Shown one piece after another: positions 36,770 to 47,610 of a stretch of 64,000 nt of DNA (its first letter is position 1; every line of letters begins with the position of its first letter). This DNA is from Bacilli bacterium (GTDB lineage Bacteria; Bacillota_I; Bacilli_A; RFN20; CAG-826). The translations under genes and the position numbers were made by a program. Location: positions 6,674 to 70,673 of the forward strand of contig JAEDDA010000002.1 in NCBI GenBank assembly GCA_016298185.1, given 5' to 3'. The notes beneath the pieces are model-generated. The model saw only the letters and a program-made list of their open reading frames with translations. It was not told the DNA's origin and made no database searches.

Positions 36770-39523
36770 ATGGATTATAAAGATACATTATTGATGCTTA
36801 AAACAAACTTTGAAATGCGTGGCAATCTCGCACAAAAAGAACCTGTCTTAGTAGAAAAATGGAAAGCAGAAAATTTATATGAAGAAATGAATCGTAACCG
36901 CAAGGATGCGATTGAATTTGTTTTACATGATGGCCCTCCATACGCAAACGGTGATATGCACTGTGGCCATATGCTCAATAGAGTCCTAAAGGATTTTGTC
37001 GTGCGTTATAAGAATATGCAAGGCTATAAGACACCATTTGTTTTTGGCTGGGATACACATGGTCTTCCAATTGAAAACCAAGTCACAAAATCTGGTGTTA
37101 ATAGAAAAACTACACCAATCGCGGAATTCCGTAAGAAATGTGAAGAATATGCTCATAAGCAAGTCGAAAGACAAAAAGAGCAAATTAGAAGATTGGGTTT
37201 AGTTGGTGATTTTGATCATCCATACTTAACTCTTCAAAAAGAATTTGAAGCTAAACAAATTGAAGTCTTTGCCAAAATGGCATTAAGAGGACTTATCTAT
37301 AAAGGATTAAAACCAGTTTATTGGTCTCCAAGTAGTGAATCCGCATTAGCGGAAGCAGAAATTGAATATAAGGATGTAACAAGTCATTCCATCTATGTTG
37401 CCTTCCCAGTTAGAGATGGTAAAGGTGTCGTGGATAATGATGCGAGATTTGTCATTTGGACAACAACTCCTTGGACATTACCTGCTAACTTAGCAATTTC
37501 CGCCCACCCAGACTTTGTCTATGGTGAATATATGACTAATAAAGGAAAACTTGTTTTCCTTCAAGAATTCGCTGAAAAACTCACCGAAGAATTAGAATTA
37601 GGCGAAATCAAATTATTAAAGACAATGAAAGGCAGCGATTTAGAATTCGTTGTTTGCAAACACCCATTCTATGATCGCGATTCCTTAGTTATCGTTGGTA
37701 CCCACGTTACAAATGACGCTGGTACTGGTTTGGTCCATACTGCTCCAGGACATGGTGTGGAAGACTATCAAGTCTGCTTAAAATATCCTGGAAGAGGATT
37801 GGAACCATACTGCCCTGTTGATGAACATGGTTATATGATGGAAGGAACAGGCGAAGGAATCGAAGGTTTGTTCTATGAACAAGCAAACGATGCTGTCCTT
37901 AAAATTATCAAAGAAAATGGTTCATTATTAAAACATCAAACATTCGTTCACTCCTATCCACATGACTGGAGAACAGGCAAACCATTAATCTTCAGAGCCA
38001 CAAATCAATGGTTTTGCTCAATTGAACCAATTAGAGAAGAAACCCTTAAGATTATTCATGATACAAAATGGTACCCAGCTTGGGGCGAAACAAGAATGGT
38101 CAATATGATTAAAGACCGTGCTGATTGGTGTATTTCTCGTCAAAGAGCATGGGGTGTCCCGATCCCAATCTTCTATGCGGAAGATGGCACTCCAATTATT
38201 GAAAAAGAAGTCTTCGCGCATGTCGCAAATCTCTTTAGAGAATACGGCAGTAATATTTGGTATGAAAAGAGTGCAAAAGAATTATTGCCAGAAGGATATA
38301 AGAACGAACATTCACCTAATGGTGAATTCACTAAAGAAAATGACATTATGGATGTCTGGTTTGATAGTGGTTCCTCTTGGGCTGGTGTCTTACAAGATAG
38401 AGGTATTAAATACCCATCCGATTTATATCTTGAAGGCAGTGACCAATATAGAGGTTGGTTTAACTCCAGCTTAATCGTTTCCGTTGCTACTGAAGATAAA
38501 GCCCCATACAAGGCTGTTGTGAGCCATGGTTGGGTATTAGATGAACACGGAGAACAAATGCACAAATCCAAAGGTAACGGCGTTGATCCGAGCAAGATTG
38601 CTAATGTTTATGGCGCTGATATCTTAAGACTTTGGGTTGCTAGTGTTGACTATCAACAAGATGTTCGTATCGGTGATAACTTAATCAAACAAATCGCTGA
38701 TCAATATAGAAAGATTAGAAATACCCTAAAGTTCATCTCTTGGAACTTAGTGGATTTCGAACCAGTAAAATCAGTTTCTTCATTTGAGAAAGTTGACTTA
38801 TTCATTTTGAATAAGTTAGATGAAGTGACAAACTTCGTTATTGATTCATTTGATAAATATGACTTCAGCAGTGCAATCAGCGCGATTATGACATTTATGT
38901 CCGCTGATTTATCTTCATTCTATTTGGATATCAATAAGGATGTCTTATACTGCGAAAGTAAAGATAGTGTGAGAAGATTACAAGTTCAAACAGCTTTATA
39001 TAGAATTGGTGAAGTTTTATTAAGACTCTTGAACCCAATCCTTCCATTTACAATGGATGAATTCAATAACAACCTCCCAGGTAGAAGAGAAAAGAATGTT
39101 CAATTCCTCGATTATCCAAAGCATCGCATTAGAGGCGATAAAGAAGCCAAAATCGAAGCGGAATATCAACTCCTCAAGTCATTACGTAGTGATGTCTTAA
39201 AGAGCCTAGAAGAGGCCAGAAATAACAAAGTTATTGGCTCTAGCCAAGAAGCAAAAGTGGAATTAGTTATTGTTAATGATAAAGAAGCATACACTAAGTT
39301 ATTAGAGCAAATTAACGTAGAACAACTCGCAAAGATCTTTGTGGTGTCTGAAGTGGTCTTGAAAGAAGACTTGGATGCTCCTGTATTAGAGGTTGCAAAA
39401 GTAAAAGTGCTTAGACACGCTGGTCACTTCTGCGAACGCTGCTGGAACTATGAAGATGATGCATCATTACAAGAAGATGGCACATACTTATGTAAACGCT
39501 GCCAGAAAGTCGTAGGTAAATAA
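36770..39523 (+). CDS. ileS: isoleucine-tRNA ligase
   Basis: GAAGGAG SD (36754-36760) 9 nt before ATG 36770 (MDYKDTLLM...). The ORF-track start 36746 has no SD. Class I HIGH-type PYANGDMHCGH, KMSKS-type HKSKGNG, C-terminal CxxC...CxxC zinc finger. Confidence 0.93.
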   Translation: MDYKDTLLMLKTNFEMRGNLAQKEPVLVEKWKAENLYEEMNRNRKDAIEFVLHDGPPYANGDMHCGHMLNRVLKDFVVRYKNMQGYKTPFVFGWDTHGLPIENQVTKSGVNRKTTPIAEFRKKCEEYAHKQVERQKEQIRRLGLVGDFDHPYLTLQKEFEAKQIEVFAKMALRGLIYKGLKPVYWSPSSESALAEAEIEYKDVTSHSIYVAFPVRDGKGVVDNDARFVIWTTTPWTLPANLAISAHPDFVYGEYMTNKGKLVFLQEFAEKLTEELELGEIKLLKTMKGSDLEFVVCKHPFYDRDSLVIVGTHVTNDAGTGLVHTAPGHGVEDYQVCLKYPGRGLEPYCPVDEHGYMMEGTGEGIEGLFYEQANDAVLKIIKENGSLLKHQTFVHSYPHDWRTGKPLIFRATNQWFCSIEPIREETLKIIHDTKWYPAWGETRMVNMIKDRADWCISRQRAWGVPIPIFYAEDGTPIIEKEVFAHVANLFREYGSNIWYEKSAKELLPEGYKNEHSPNGEFTKENDIMDVWFDSGSSWAGVLQDRGIKYPSDLYLEGSDQYRGWFNSSLIVSVATEDKAPYKAVVSHGWVLDEHGEQMHKSKGNGVDPSKIANVYGADILRLWVASVDYQQDVRIGDNLIKQIADQYRKIRNTLKFISWNLVDFEPVKSVSSFEKVDLFILNKLDEVTNFVIDSFDKYDFSSAISAIMTFMSADLSSFYLDINKDVLYCESKDSVRRLQVQTALYRIGEVLLRLLNPILPFTMDEFNNNLPGRREKNVQFLDYPKHRIRGDKEAKIEAEYQLLKSLRSDVLKSLEEARNNKVIGSSQEAKVELVIVNDKEAYTKLLEQINVEQLAKIFVVSEVVLKEDLDAPVLEVAKVKVLRHAGHFCERCWNYEDDASLQEDGTYLCKRCQKVVGK

Positions 39524-39525
39524 TT

Positions 39526-40227
39526 ATGCAAGGTAACGAAATTTGGAACAAAGTCCTAAAAGGACTTAAGTGGTTCTTGCATTCATATATTTGGATATTT
39601 GTCATTTTCTTTGCATGTGACTTAACCACCAAATTATGTATTGTTAATAATATGAACCCTGGTGATTCAATCACCCTTATTCCTTCTTGGAATAGCGCAA
39701 AACCATTCTTAGCTATCACATACACAGTGAATACAAACGCCGCATTCAGTTTTGGTGTCGGCTCTCACTTAGCCAATAGAATCTTCTATAGCATTATTGC
39801 CACATGTGGTTTCATTATCATTGTCACATTCTTTATTTGGAAATATAAGAAACTCCATGGCGTTGTCAAAGCATGCTTAATGCTTATGGCAGTCGGTGCT
39901 TTAGGAAATTTAGTGGACCGCTTATTTTATAGTGCAGCATTCTTAAAGGCTCCAGAAAATGGTGTTGTTGACTGGATTGATTTTGCAGTTATCTGGCCAT
40001 TTATCTTTAATATTGCTGATAGCTGTGTTGTTATTGGTGTCATCATTATGATTGTTTATTTAATCGTTGATGAGGTTAAAACTGTTAAAGCCAAAAGAAA
40101 AGCCGAAATTAAGGAACATGGCGAAAAAGTTTTATCTAAAGAAGAACTCTCTAGACTTGAAGGTCAAGGCGCCGCTAGTGAAGATATTAATGAAGAAGAA
40201 GACAAACACGGTGTCGAAGGAAAATAA
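39526..40227 (+). CDS. lspA: lipoprotein signal peptidase II with long charged C-terminal tail
   Basis: 233 aa; NTNAAFSFG, GALGNLVDR, VVDWIDF...FNIADS motifs. Confidence 0.85.
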   Translation: MQGNEIWNKVLKGLKWFLHSYIWIFVIFFACDLTTKLCIVNNMNPGDSITLIPSWNSAKPFLAITYTVNTNAAFSFGVGSHLANRIFYSIIATCGFIIIVTFFIWKYKKLHGVVKACLMLMAVGALGNLVDRLFYSAAFLKAPENGVVDWIDFAVIWPFIFNIADSCVVIGVIIMIVYLIVDEVKTVKAKRKAEIKEHGEKVLSKEELSRLEGQGAASEDINEEEDKHGVEGK

Positions 40228-40238
40228 TATATTATTCA

Positions 40239-41144
40239 ATGGAAAAATTTATCGTTAAAGAAACTCAAAATAATATGCGACTAGATAAAGTTCTGGTCGC
40301 TTTTATGAGTGATAAATCAAGAAACTATATCTCTAAACTTATTGATGATGGTAAATGCTTTGTTAATGACAAAGTAGCAAAAGCATCATTAAAGGTTAAA
40401 CCAGAAGATGTCATTTCTATCGATATTCCAGAAGATAAGCCTTTAGATGTTAAAGGGGAAGATATTCCATTAAATATCATTTATGAAGATGAAGACATTC
40501 TCATTATTGATAAACAACAAGGACTTGTCGTTCATCCATCCAATGGACATTGGGAACATACGTTAGTGAATGCAATTATGCATCACTGCAAAGATTTAAG
40601 CGCGATTAATGGCGTGATTAGACCTGGTATCGTTCATCGTATTGATAAAGATACTTCTGGCCTTATTTGTGTAGCAAAAAACGATGTTGCGCACAATTTT
40701 TTAGCCGAACAACTCAAAGACCACACAATGAGCAGAACATATGTGGCCTTAGTAAGAGGTGTCATTAAAGAAAACCATGGCACAATTAACATGCCAATTG
40801 GTAGAGATAGCAGAAATCGTCAAAAGATGGCGGTTACTAGAAATAACTCTAAAGAAGCTATCACAAACTTTGATGTTATAAAGAGATTTGCAAATAATAC
40901 ATTAATTGAATGCCACCTAGTGACAGGAAGAACCCACCAAATTAGAGTTCATATGTCATATATCGGATATCCTGTAGAAGGCGATCCATTATATGGTGGT
41001 AGAAACTACAAGAAACTATATGATGGTGGGCAACTTCTCACCGCGGTTAAATTAAAACTCATTCACCCAAGAAGTAAAAAAGAAATGGAGTTTGAAACCA
41101 AACTCCCATCTTACTTCCAAAATATAATTGATAATTTAGAATAA
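40239..41144 (+). CDS. rluD: 23S rRNA pseudouridine synthase RluD family
   Basis: 301 aa; N-terminal S4 domain, catalytic HRIDKDTSGL, HQIRVH block. Confidence 0.88.
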   Translation: MEKFIVKETQNNMRLDKVLVAFMSDKSRNYISKLIDDGKCFVNDKVAKASLKVKPEDVISIDIPEDKPLDVKGEDIPLNIIYEDEDILIIDKQQGLVVHPSNGHWEHTLVNAIMHHCKDLSAINGVIRPGIVHRIDKDTSGLICVAKNDVAHNFLAEQLKDHTMSRTYVALVRGVIKENHGTINMPIGRDSRNRQKMAVTRNNSKEAITNFDVIKRFANNTLIECHLVTGRTHQIRVHMSYIGYPVEGDPLYGGRNYKKLYDGGQLLTAVKLKLIHPRSKKEMEFETKLPSYFQNIIDNLE

Positions 41145-41145
41145 A

Positions 41146-42057
41146 TTATTTGTTAATAACTTCGCTGTAATTGGCGAAGTTTTTCTTTGCCACTTTATAT
41201 AATTCTTCCTCGCCATATTTATCTAAAAATCTCTTAGCGAATTCGGTGACTTTTTTGCTCGCTCCAAATGGGAAATCCATTCCGTATTTTTCTGATAATT
41301 TTTTCATCTCTTTGAGATAGGAATATCTGGCAATCACACTTGCTAATGCAACACATGGGAAATAGGACTCGCCTTTAGTTCTAAAAGTGATGTCTTTTAC
41401 TTGTTCTTCGTTCGCATCATTAAGATATTTATAATATGTCTTTTCTGCGACAAATTGATCAACAAAGATATTAAGGACATCAATATATTCTTTATGCATA
41501 TTAAGAAGCGCTCTATTATGCATTTTGGCTTTCATAGAATTGAGGTTTTCACCCTTATCTAACATCTCATTATATTTCTCGTTGGGAAGTGTTAATTTTG
41601 AGAATTTAAATTGTTTTACAATTTCTGGACCAACTTCGAGTATCTTCTTATCAGTCATTTTCTTGCTGTCGTGGATACCTAATTCAATAAGCTTTTTAAT
41701 ATCTCTTTCACTAACAAATGCGGCCACGACAATCATAGGACCTAAGAAATCACCGACACCGACTTCATCGCTGCCGATTTGATCACCAAAATAAAGCCAA
41801 CCTTCTTTAACTTTTTCTTCCTTTTCTTGCTTCTCAACTTCTGGATTCCACACTCTAGCTTCTTCTAAAGCGTTTTCGCCAAAGAATGTAACTTTCTTAT
41901 TTTCTTTTTTTGAAAGATAAGCGGTGATAATGACATCATTTTTACGCGCTTGAAAATCAACATATTCTCCTTGGCTATTTTCTAAACAGTCAGAATAGTA
42001 TTCTTTCATAACTTCCACTAAAGTGGATGGAACAGTAATAGTGATGTTTTCTTTCAT
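41146..42057 (-). CDS. rnhC: ribonuclease HIII
   Basis: 303 aa; ~85-aa N-terminal substrate-binding domain followed by RNase HII/HIII core with DEVGVGDFLGP catalytic block. Confidence 0.8.
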   Translation of the reverse strand: MKENITITVPSTLVEVMKEYYSDCLENSQGEYVDFQARKNDVIITAYLSKKENKKVTFFGENALEEARVWNPEVEKQEKEEKVKEGWLYFGDQIGSDEVGVGDFLGPMIVVAAFVSERDIKKLIELGIHDSKKMTDKKILEVGPEIVKQFKFSKLTLPNEKYNEMLDKGENLNSMKAKMHNRALLNMHKEYIDVLNIFVDQFVAEKTYYKYLNDANEEQVKDITFRTKGESYFPCVALASVIARYSYLKEMKKLSEKYGMDFPFGASKKVTEFAKRFLDKYGEEELYKVAKKNFANYSEVINK

Positions 42058-42124
42058 ATAAATAACTTTATCATATTTTTCATTACTGATTAAGCATTTC
42101 GCGTATGTGTGATATTATATTTGC

Positions 42125-44428
42125 ATGCAAGACATTTATGCGACATTTGAATTCAATAAAATTCAAGAATCTATTAAAGAATACGCAAAAACCGAATTAG
42201 CAAGAGAACAAATAGATAACTTGAAGATGTTTTCTAACCAAGAAGAAGTCAAATCTTCTCTTTTAGATTTGGATGAAATGATTTCTATTATAAATAGATT
42301 TGGTGTGATGCCTATCGCCACAAGTGCGAACGCTTTATATCTTATTGATCTCGCTAAGAAAACAGGTTTATTAACTCCAAGAGATTTAAACCTTATCGCA
42401 GATGATGTATTAACCAGCCAAGCTATTAATAAATTCGTTACAAAGATTGATATTTCTTATAAACGCATCATGAACAAGATTTCTACTTTTGAAGATTTAT
42501 CTTCATTAGAAAAAGAAATCCATAGAGTTATTACTAATTCTTTAACCGTTAGTGATAACGCCACTCCTGAATTAAAAGAGATTAGACAAAAGATTAGAAA
42601 ATGCGAATCTTCCTTACAACAAAAGGTTGCTTCATTAGCATTTACTTATAGTAAATATTTAAACGATGATAACGCCACAATTAGAGATGGCCACTTTGTC
42701 TTACCTGTTAAAACAGTGGATAAGAGCAAAGTCTTAGGTATTGTCTATGATGTCTCTGATAGCGGTGCAACCACATTCATCGAGCCAATGGAAATTGTCC
42801 AAATCAATAACCAACTCACATCCTTAAAAGTGGAAGAAAACGATGAAGTAAGAAGAATCCTAAAAGGATTAACCGCACTAGTTTTATTACAAGAAAAAGA
42901 AATCATCCATAACAATGCAGTTATTGGTGAACTAGATTATTTAATCGCTAAAGGATTATATGCTAATGAAATTGATGGTATTGTTGCAGATAACCAAAGC
43001 GACCAAATCATCACATTAGATGAAGCAAGACATCCACTCATTGATAAAAACAAAGTGGTGGCTAATTCATATCACTTAGATAGTGAACAAAGAATCGTTA
43101 TTATCTCTGGTCCAAATGCTGGCGGCAAAACCGTTAGTTTAAAAACCGTTGGTATCATTGTTATGATGAATCAATGTGGGTTAGCGGTTCCAGCGAAAAA
43201 AGCCATTTTAGGATTCTTTAAGAATATCTACATTGATATCGGTGATAATCAATCGTTATCCGATAATTTATCCACTTTCTCCGCACACATGAATCAATTA
43301 GGAGAAATCACCCAAAGAATCGGTGGAAAAGATTTATTATTAATCGATGAATTAGGTACAGGTACTGATCCAAAAGAAGGTGAAGCCCTAGCTTTAAGCA
43401 TCATTAAATACTTAGAAGACAGACACTGTTTAGCAATGGTGTCATCTCACTTTGCGGCGTTAAAAGAATACGCATTCTTAAGCAAACATATCGATAACTC
43501 ATCCATGATATTTGATGAAGAAAAACTTCTTCCAACATATCAATTTAGACAAGGCGCTCCTGGTATGAGCTATGCTTTGGATGTCGCCACTAGATATGGC
43601 ATTAATGAAAATATAGTTGCTAATGCAAAGGAATTCTTAAAGAGTCAGAATAAAGATGATGCTAATGAGCTCATATCTATTCTCCAAAAGAAATTAGATG
43701 CTGCGAATAAACTTGAGAATGAACTCAAGAAGAAAGAAAGAGAATATAATGATCGCGCTAACAAGTTAGATGCGGATGAAAAAGCCTATAAAGCAAGAAG
43801 AGAAAAACTCCTTGAAAGCGTTAACGAAGAAAAAGAAGAAATCTTAGAAGCCGCCAAAAAAGAAGTTAGAGAAATCATCGATTCCTTAAAACAAGATGGC
43901 GCTACTCTTCAAGAAGCCCATAAAAAGCTCCACGCTATTGAAGATTTAGAAGAAAGCCAAGAACTTGTTTCATATAACGAAGAACTTAAAGAAAACGATT
44001 ATGTGACCATTCCTGCATATGACATGAATGGTAGGATAAGCAAAATCGAGAAGAATAAAGCTATTGTTATCGGTGATAACGGTATGTCATTTGCTATTAG
44101 TAAAGACAAGTTACATAAGATTAATCCTCCAAGAGTGAACAACGTAAGAAAGAGTCAAAACACTTTCGATATTTCTCTTGGATTAAATGTTGGCTTAGAA
44201 CTTAACATTATTGGATTACGTGTTGAAGAAGCAAAACAAGAACTTATTAAATACATCGATAACTGTCGTCTTAAACACTTTGATCAAGTCCGTATTATTC
44301 ACGGCTATGGAAGCGGTGCTTTAAGAAAGATGACTAGAGAATATCTTGATACACAAAAAGATTGTAAATATCGTCCAGGTGACGCTAACGAAGGTGGCGG
44401 TGGAGCTACTGTGGTAATTTTCAAATGA
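42125..44428 (+). CDS. mutS2: endonuclease MutS2 (MutS-II ATPase with C-terminal Smr domain)
   Basis: 767 aa; GPNAGGKT, DELGTGTDP, coiled-coil linker, Smr block IIHGYGSGALR. Confidence 0.9.
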   Translation: MQDIYATFEFNKIQESIKEYAKTELAREQIDNLKMFSNQEEVKSSLLDLDEMISIINRFGVMPIATSANALYLIDLAKKTGLLTPRDLNLIADDVLTSQAINKFVTKIDISYKRIMNKISTFEDLSSLEKEIHRVITNSLTVSDNATPELKEIRQKIRKCESSLQQKVASLAFTYSKYLNDDNATIRDGHFVLPVKTVDKSKVLGIVYDVSDSGATTFIEPMEIVQINNQLTSLKVEENDEVRRILKGLTALVLLQEKEIIHNNAVIGELDYLIAKGLYANEIDGIVADNQSDQIITLDEARHPLIDKNKVVANSYHLDSEQRIVIISGPNAGGKTVSLKTVGIIVMMNQCGLAVPAKKAILGFFKNIYIDIGDNQSLSDNLSTFSAHMNQLGEITQRIGGKDLLLIDELGTGTDPKEGEALALSIIKYLEDRHCLAMVSSHFAALKEYAFLSKHIDNSSMIFDEEKLLPTYQFRQGAPGMSYALDVATRYGINENIVANAKEFLKSQNKDDANELISILQKKLDAANKLENELKKKEREYNDRANKLDADEKAYKARREKLLESVNEEKEEILEAAKKEVREIIDSLKQDGATLQEAHKKLHAIEDLEESQELVSYNEELKENDYVTIPAYDMNGRISKIEKNKAIVIGDNGMSFAISKDKLHKINPPRVNNVRKSQNTFDISLGLNVGLELNIIGLRVEEAKQELIKYIDNCRLKHFDQVRIIHGYGSGALRKMTREYLDTQKDCKYRPGDANEGGGGATVVIFK

Positions 44429-46182
44429 CCGAAAAAGTAAAAACCTGTATCGCTAATCTTAAACACCTTCCTGGTGTTTATTTGATGCATGATAAAGACG
44501 ACAATATTATTTATGTTGGCAAAGCCAAAGATTTGTTTAAAAGAGTAAGCCAATATTTCTTAAGACCTCAATCTGGTAAGGTTTTTAAGATGGTTACAAA
44601 TGTCGATTATTTCGAAACCATCATTACTGCAAATGAAAAAGAAGCATTAGTGCTCGAAATGAATCTCATTCAGAAATACTATCCGAGATATAACATTCTT
44701 CTTAAAGATGGTAGCCATTATCCATATATTGCTCTAAAGAAGAAAGGTGATCCAATTCTTCAAATCAAAAGAAACAATAAAGATAAGAATTATGATTACT
44801 TTGGACCATTTCCAAATTCTGGTGCGGCTTTTCAAACTATATCTTTATTAAATAAAGTATTTCCTATAAGGAAATGCCAAACATTACCTACAACAACTTG
44901 TTTATATTATCATCTCGGTCAATGCTTAGGCCCATGTGTGAACAAGATTGATGAATCCATCTTTAAACAAATGAGAGAAGACATCAAATCCTTTATGCGT
45001 GGCAATAATCAAAAGCAAAAAGCGGAAATAAAAGAGAAAATGCTTAAAGCAAGCGAAAATCTCGAGTTTGAGACTGCGAATGAATATAAGAAGATACTTG
45101 ACGCAATCGAACATATTAATATCCAACAAAATGTCGAAAATAGTGATAAAAAAGATAGAGATATATTCGCCTTCTCTTCTAGACAAGGCTATCTCGCTCT
45201 AGCGGTTCTCTCTTATAGAAAAGGTTTATTATTAGGCAAACAAGTTTTTACTGTAGAAGAATTTGGAGATAATGAAGAACAAGTTGCGGATTTGATATTG
45301 CAGTTCTATCAAAAATATCCAACACCAAATGAAGTGGTTATTAATAATAAAAATGTCATCGAACTAATTGGTGAATTATTAGATTCTTCTGTTGTGGAAA
45401 TGACCAAAGGTAAAGTTCATGAACTTGTCATTAACGCGAAAGAAAATGCAGATAATGCTTTAGATGAATATTTCTTATCCGCAAGACTTGATTCTAATAA
45501 ATTAGAAATGCTTGAAGAACTTGGAAGAATTATTGATATTCCAACCCCATTACACATCGAGTTATTTGATAATTCCCATATTCAAGGAGCTTTCCCTGTC
45601 GGTGCAATGGTAGCGTTCATAAATGGCGAACCCGCGAAGAAGTTATATCGCCGTTTCTTAATTAATCACGAAGAAGCTCGTGATGACTTAGCGAGTATGA
45701 AAGAAGTTATCTATCGTCATTATAAGAGACTTGTTGATGAAGAAAAGAAACTCCCAGATCTTTTACTCGTCGATGGTGGCCTTAATCAAATTAAAGCCGC
45801 TGCGCTAGCTTTATTAGAAGCGGGTGCTAATGTCCCGTTATTTGGCTTATATAAGAATGATAAACATCAAACATCAGGACTTATTGATGGAAGTGGCAAA
45901 ACATACGAATTAAATGATAAAAATTTATTCTTTATGCTTACTAGAATGCAAGATGAAGTCCATAGATTTGCTATCGCTTTTCATAAGGAAAAGAGAAACA
46001 AAGGCATGAAAGTATCTATCTTAGATGACATTCCAGGACTTGGAGAAAAAAGAAAAGAAATGCTTCTAAGAGCGTATCGTGATTTGAACGCACTTAAGAA
46101 CGCTTCTATAGAAGAGTTCTCACAAATACTCCCACGTGATGTAGCGGAGAATTTATATAATAAACTACTTGAAATAAAGTAG
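44425..46182 (+). CDS. uvrC: excinuclease ABC subunit C
   Basis: 585 aa; GIY-YIG N-terminus (GVYLMHDKDDNIIYVGKAKDL), UVR domain, C-terminal HhH; ATGA overlap with mutS2. Confidence 0.92.
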   Translation: MTEKVKTCIANLKHLPGVYLMHDKDDNIIYVGKAKDLFKRVSQYFLRPQSGKVFKMVTNVDYFETIITANEKEALVLEMNLIQKYYPRYNILLKDGSHYPYIALKKKGDPILQIKRNNKDKNYDYFGPFPNSGAAFQTISLLNKVFPIRKCQTLPTTTCLYYHLGQCLGPCVNKIDESIFKQMREDIKSFMRGNNQKQKAEIKEKMLKASENLEFETANEYKKILDAIEHINIQQNVENSDKKDRDIFAFSSRQGYLALAVLSYRKGLLLGKQVFTVEEFGDNEEQVADLILQFYQKYPTPNEVVINNKNVIELIGELLDSSVVEMTKGKVHELVINAKENADNALDEYFLSARLDSNKLEMLEELGRIIDIPTPLHIELFDNSHIQGAFPVGAMVAFINGEPAKKLYRRFLINHEEARDDLASMKEVIYRHYKRLVDEEKKLPDLLLVDGGLNQIKAAALALLEAGANVPLFGLYKNDKHQTSGLIDGSGKTYELNDKNLFFMLTRMQDEVHRFAIAFHKEKRNKGMKVSILDDIPGLGEKRKEMLLRAYRDLNALKNASIEEFSQILPRDVAENLYNKLLEIK

Positions 46183-46217
46183 ACGTTTGCTTATTATTAT
46201 AAACGCGGTAAAAATAT

Positions 46218-46294
<77 letters not shown>

Positions 46295-46335
46295 TTTCAA
46301 ATTTTCCAAGTCAATAACTTGTGAGAATACAGAAC

Positions 46336-46360
46336 AGTACTACATAGTAGTACTTTTTTG
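46336..46360 (+). terminator. rho-independent terminator after tRNA-Arg
   Basis: AGTACTAC-ata-GTAGTACT perfect 8-bp stem then TTTTTT. Confidence 0.75.
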
Positions 46361-46462
46361 TTTATATGGAGACAATCAATAAGCAAAAGAAAAGCCCAAT
46401 TTATCAAAATGGGCAGAATTCGAACAGTCGGTCAATTAGACCTCAACGCGACTCCAAACCAA

Positions 46463-46485
46463 CTCGAGTCGCGTTTGGGGTACCT
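46463..46485 (+). repeat. degenerate direct copy of the 3' end of tRNA-Arg (possible att scar or tRNA pseudogene fragment)
   Basis: CTCGAGTCGCGTTTGGGGTACCT matches tRNA positions 46272-46294 (TTCGAGTCGCCTCGAGGGTACCA) at 17/23, same orientation. Confidence 0.45.
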
Positions 46486-46815
46486 TTTACCTATTAAAAT
46501 AGATTCCAAAGTCCACGTTGTATAATTGTGCTCTTACTTCGGTTTGTCATTCGAAGTTCAATAAATCTAAATTCTCAACATTCTCGTTTCCAATTATGAA
46601 AGTCAAATCGGTTCTCGACTTGATAATTACCTTTTAAAGAGTTTTCTGAAATTAGGATCATATTCGGTCATTGAGAATTCATTGATTGTTTTCATTGTTT
46701 CTTTAATTGTTCTTTTATAGTTTTAATGCGTTCACATTTTAAACAAGAAAAACAAATAATTAAACCTAATCAGCCTAAATTATTGGTAAAATATTTATAA
46801 GAAGGACAAAGGACA

Positions 46816-47610
46816 ATGACAAAAAGCAAATATGTGATTAACAAAATTACCATTATTGGTTTTCTTCTTTATTTCTTTATTTTATTAATCGAGAGAATTA
46901 TCGCTTTAATCTTATCGGTTAATAATGGAGGGTATATTTCTTTATTATCTGGATCATTCTTTGGGGTTAGCACTTATATTATCACTGCTTGTAGTGTCTT
47001 ATTCGGCGTCTTGCTATTTATTAAACCACTAATAAAATTAGTGAAATGTTTATTTAGTCGAGAGATATATTGTTTTAAAGAAGATAAAAATTTAATCAAC
47101 AGTGTAATTGTTCTCCTTTGTGGAGGGATGATGCATACAGGATTTACTATCGCGCCTATCCAATTTGTGGCTTATGGTTTTTTGATTTTATCTATGATTA
47201 TGCAAGTCATCGATCGTAAAGAAGATAAAGAAAATTTATTCATCAATATTTGTTCGTTAATTTATATCACTTTATTCTCGATGTGTATACCAGTATGTTA
47301 TCCAACTTATTTAGGCACACCGATAAATGTCTTCTTCTATATTGCGGAATACCTCGCAGTGACTTTATTACTCCCTTTATTCAGGTTATTATTGTTAGGA
47401 TTTTTCAAAGAAGGTCATGTGCGTTTTTCTTTGATTCCGTTTTTTGTAATGATTATTAGTTGTGGCTTGGTGATTGGTTTAAAATTTGAAGAAGAGATTA
47501 ATTATTTTGTTTTGATATTTGCAATATTAACCACTTTGTTCTATCTAATCTTCGGCTTGAGGATTCGACAGAAATTAATACATCAAGAAGATAAAAATGA
47601 AGTTAGGTAG
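46816..47610 (+). CDS. polytopic membrane protein, unknown function
   Basis: 264 aa, about 8 hydrophobic segments, AAGGA SD-like upstream. Confidence 0.65.
   Translation: MTKSKYVINKITIIGFLLYFFILLIERIIALILSVNNGGYISLLSGSFFGVSTYIITACSVLFGVLLFIKPLIKLVKCLFSREIYCFKEDKNLINSVIVLLCGGMMHTGFTIAPIQFVAYGFLILSMIMQVIDRKEDKENLFINICSLIYITLFSMCIPVCYPTYLGTPINVFFYIAEYLAVTLLLPLFRLLLLGFFKEGHVRFSLIPFFVMIISCGLVIGLKFEEEINYFVLIFAILTTLFYLIFGLRIRQKLIHQEDKNEVR

Noticed and set aside
46414-46490. Possible minus-strand tRNA, SRP RNA or other small RNA ending at the 46390-46416 hairpin
   Set aside because: I could not fold the minus-strand sequence into a cloverleaf (no acceptor or T-arm complementarity). I found no SRP domain IV motif and no convincing minus-strand promoter. 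The plus-strand similarity to the tRNA-Arg 3' end explains the region better.
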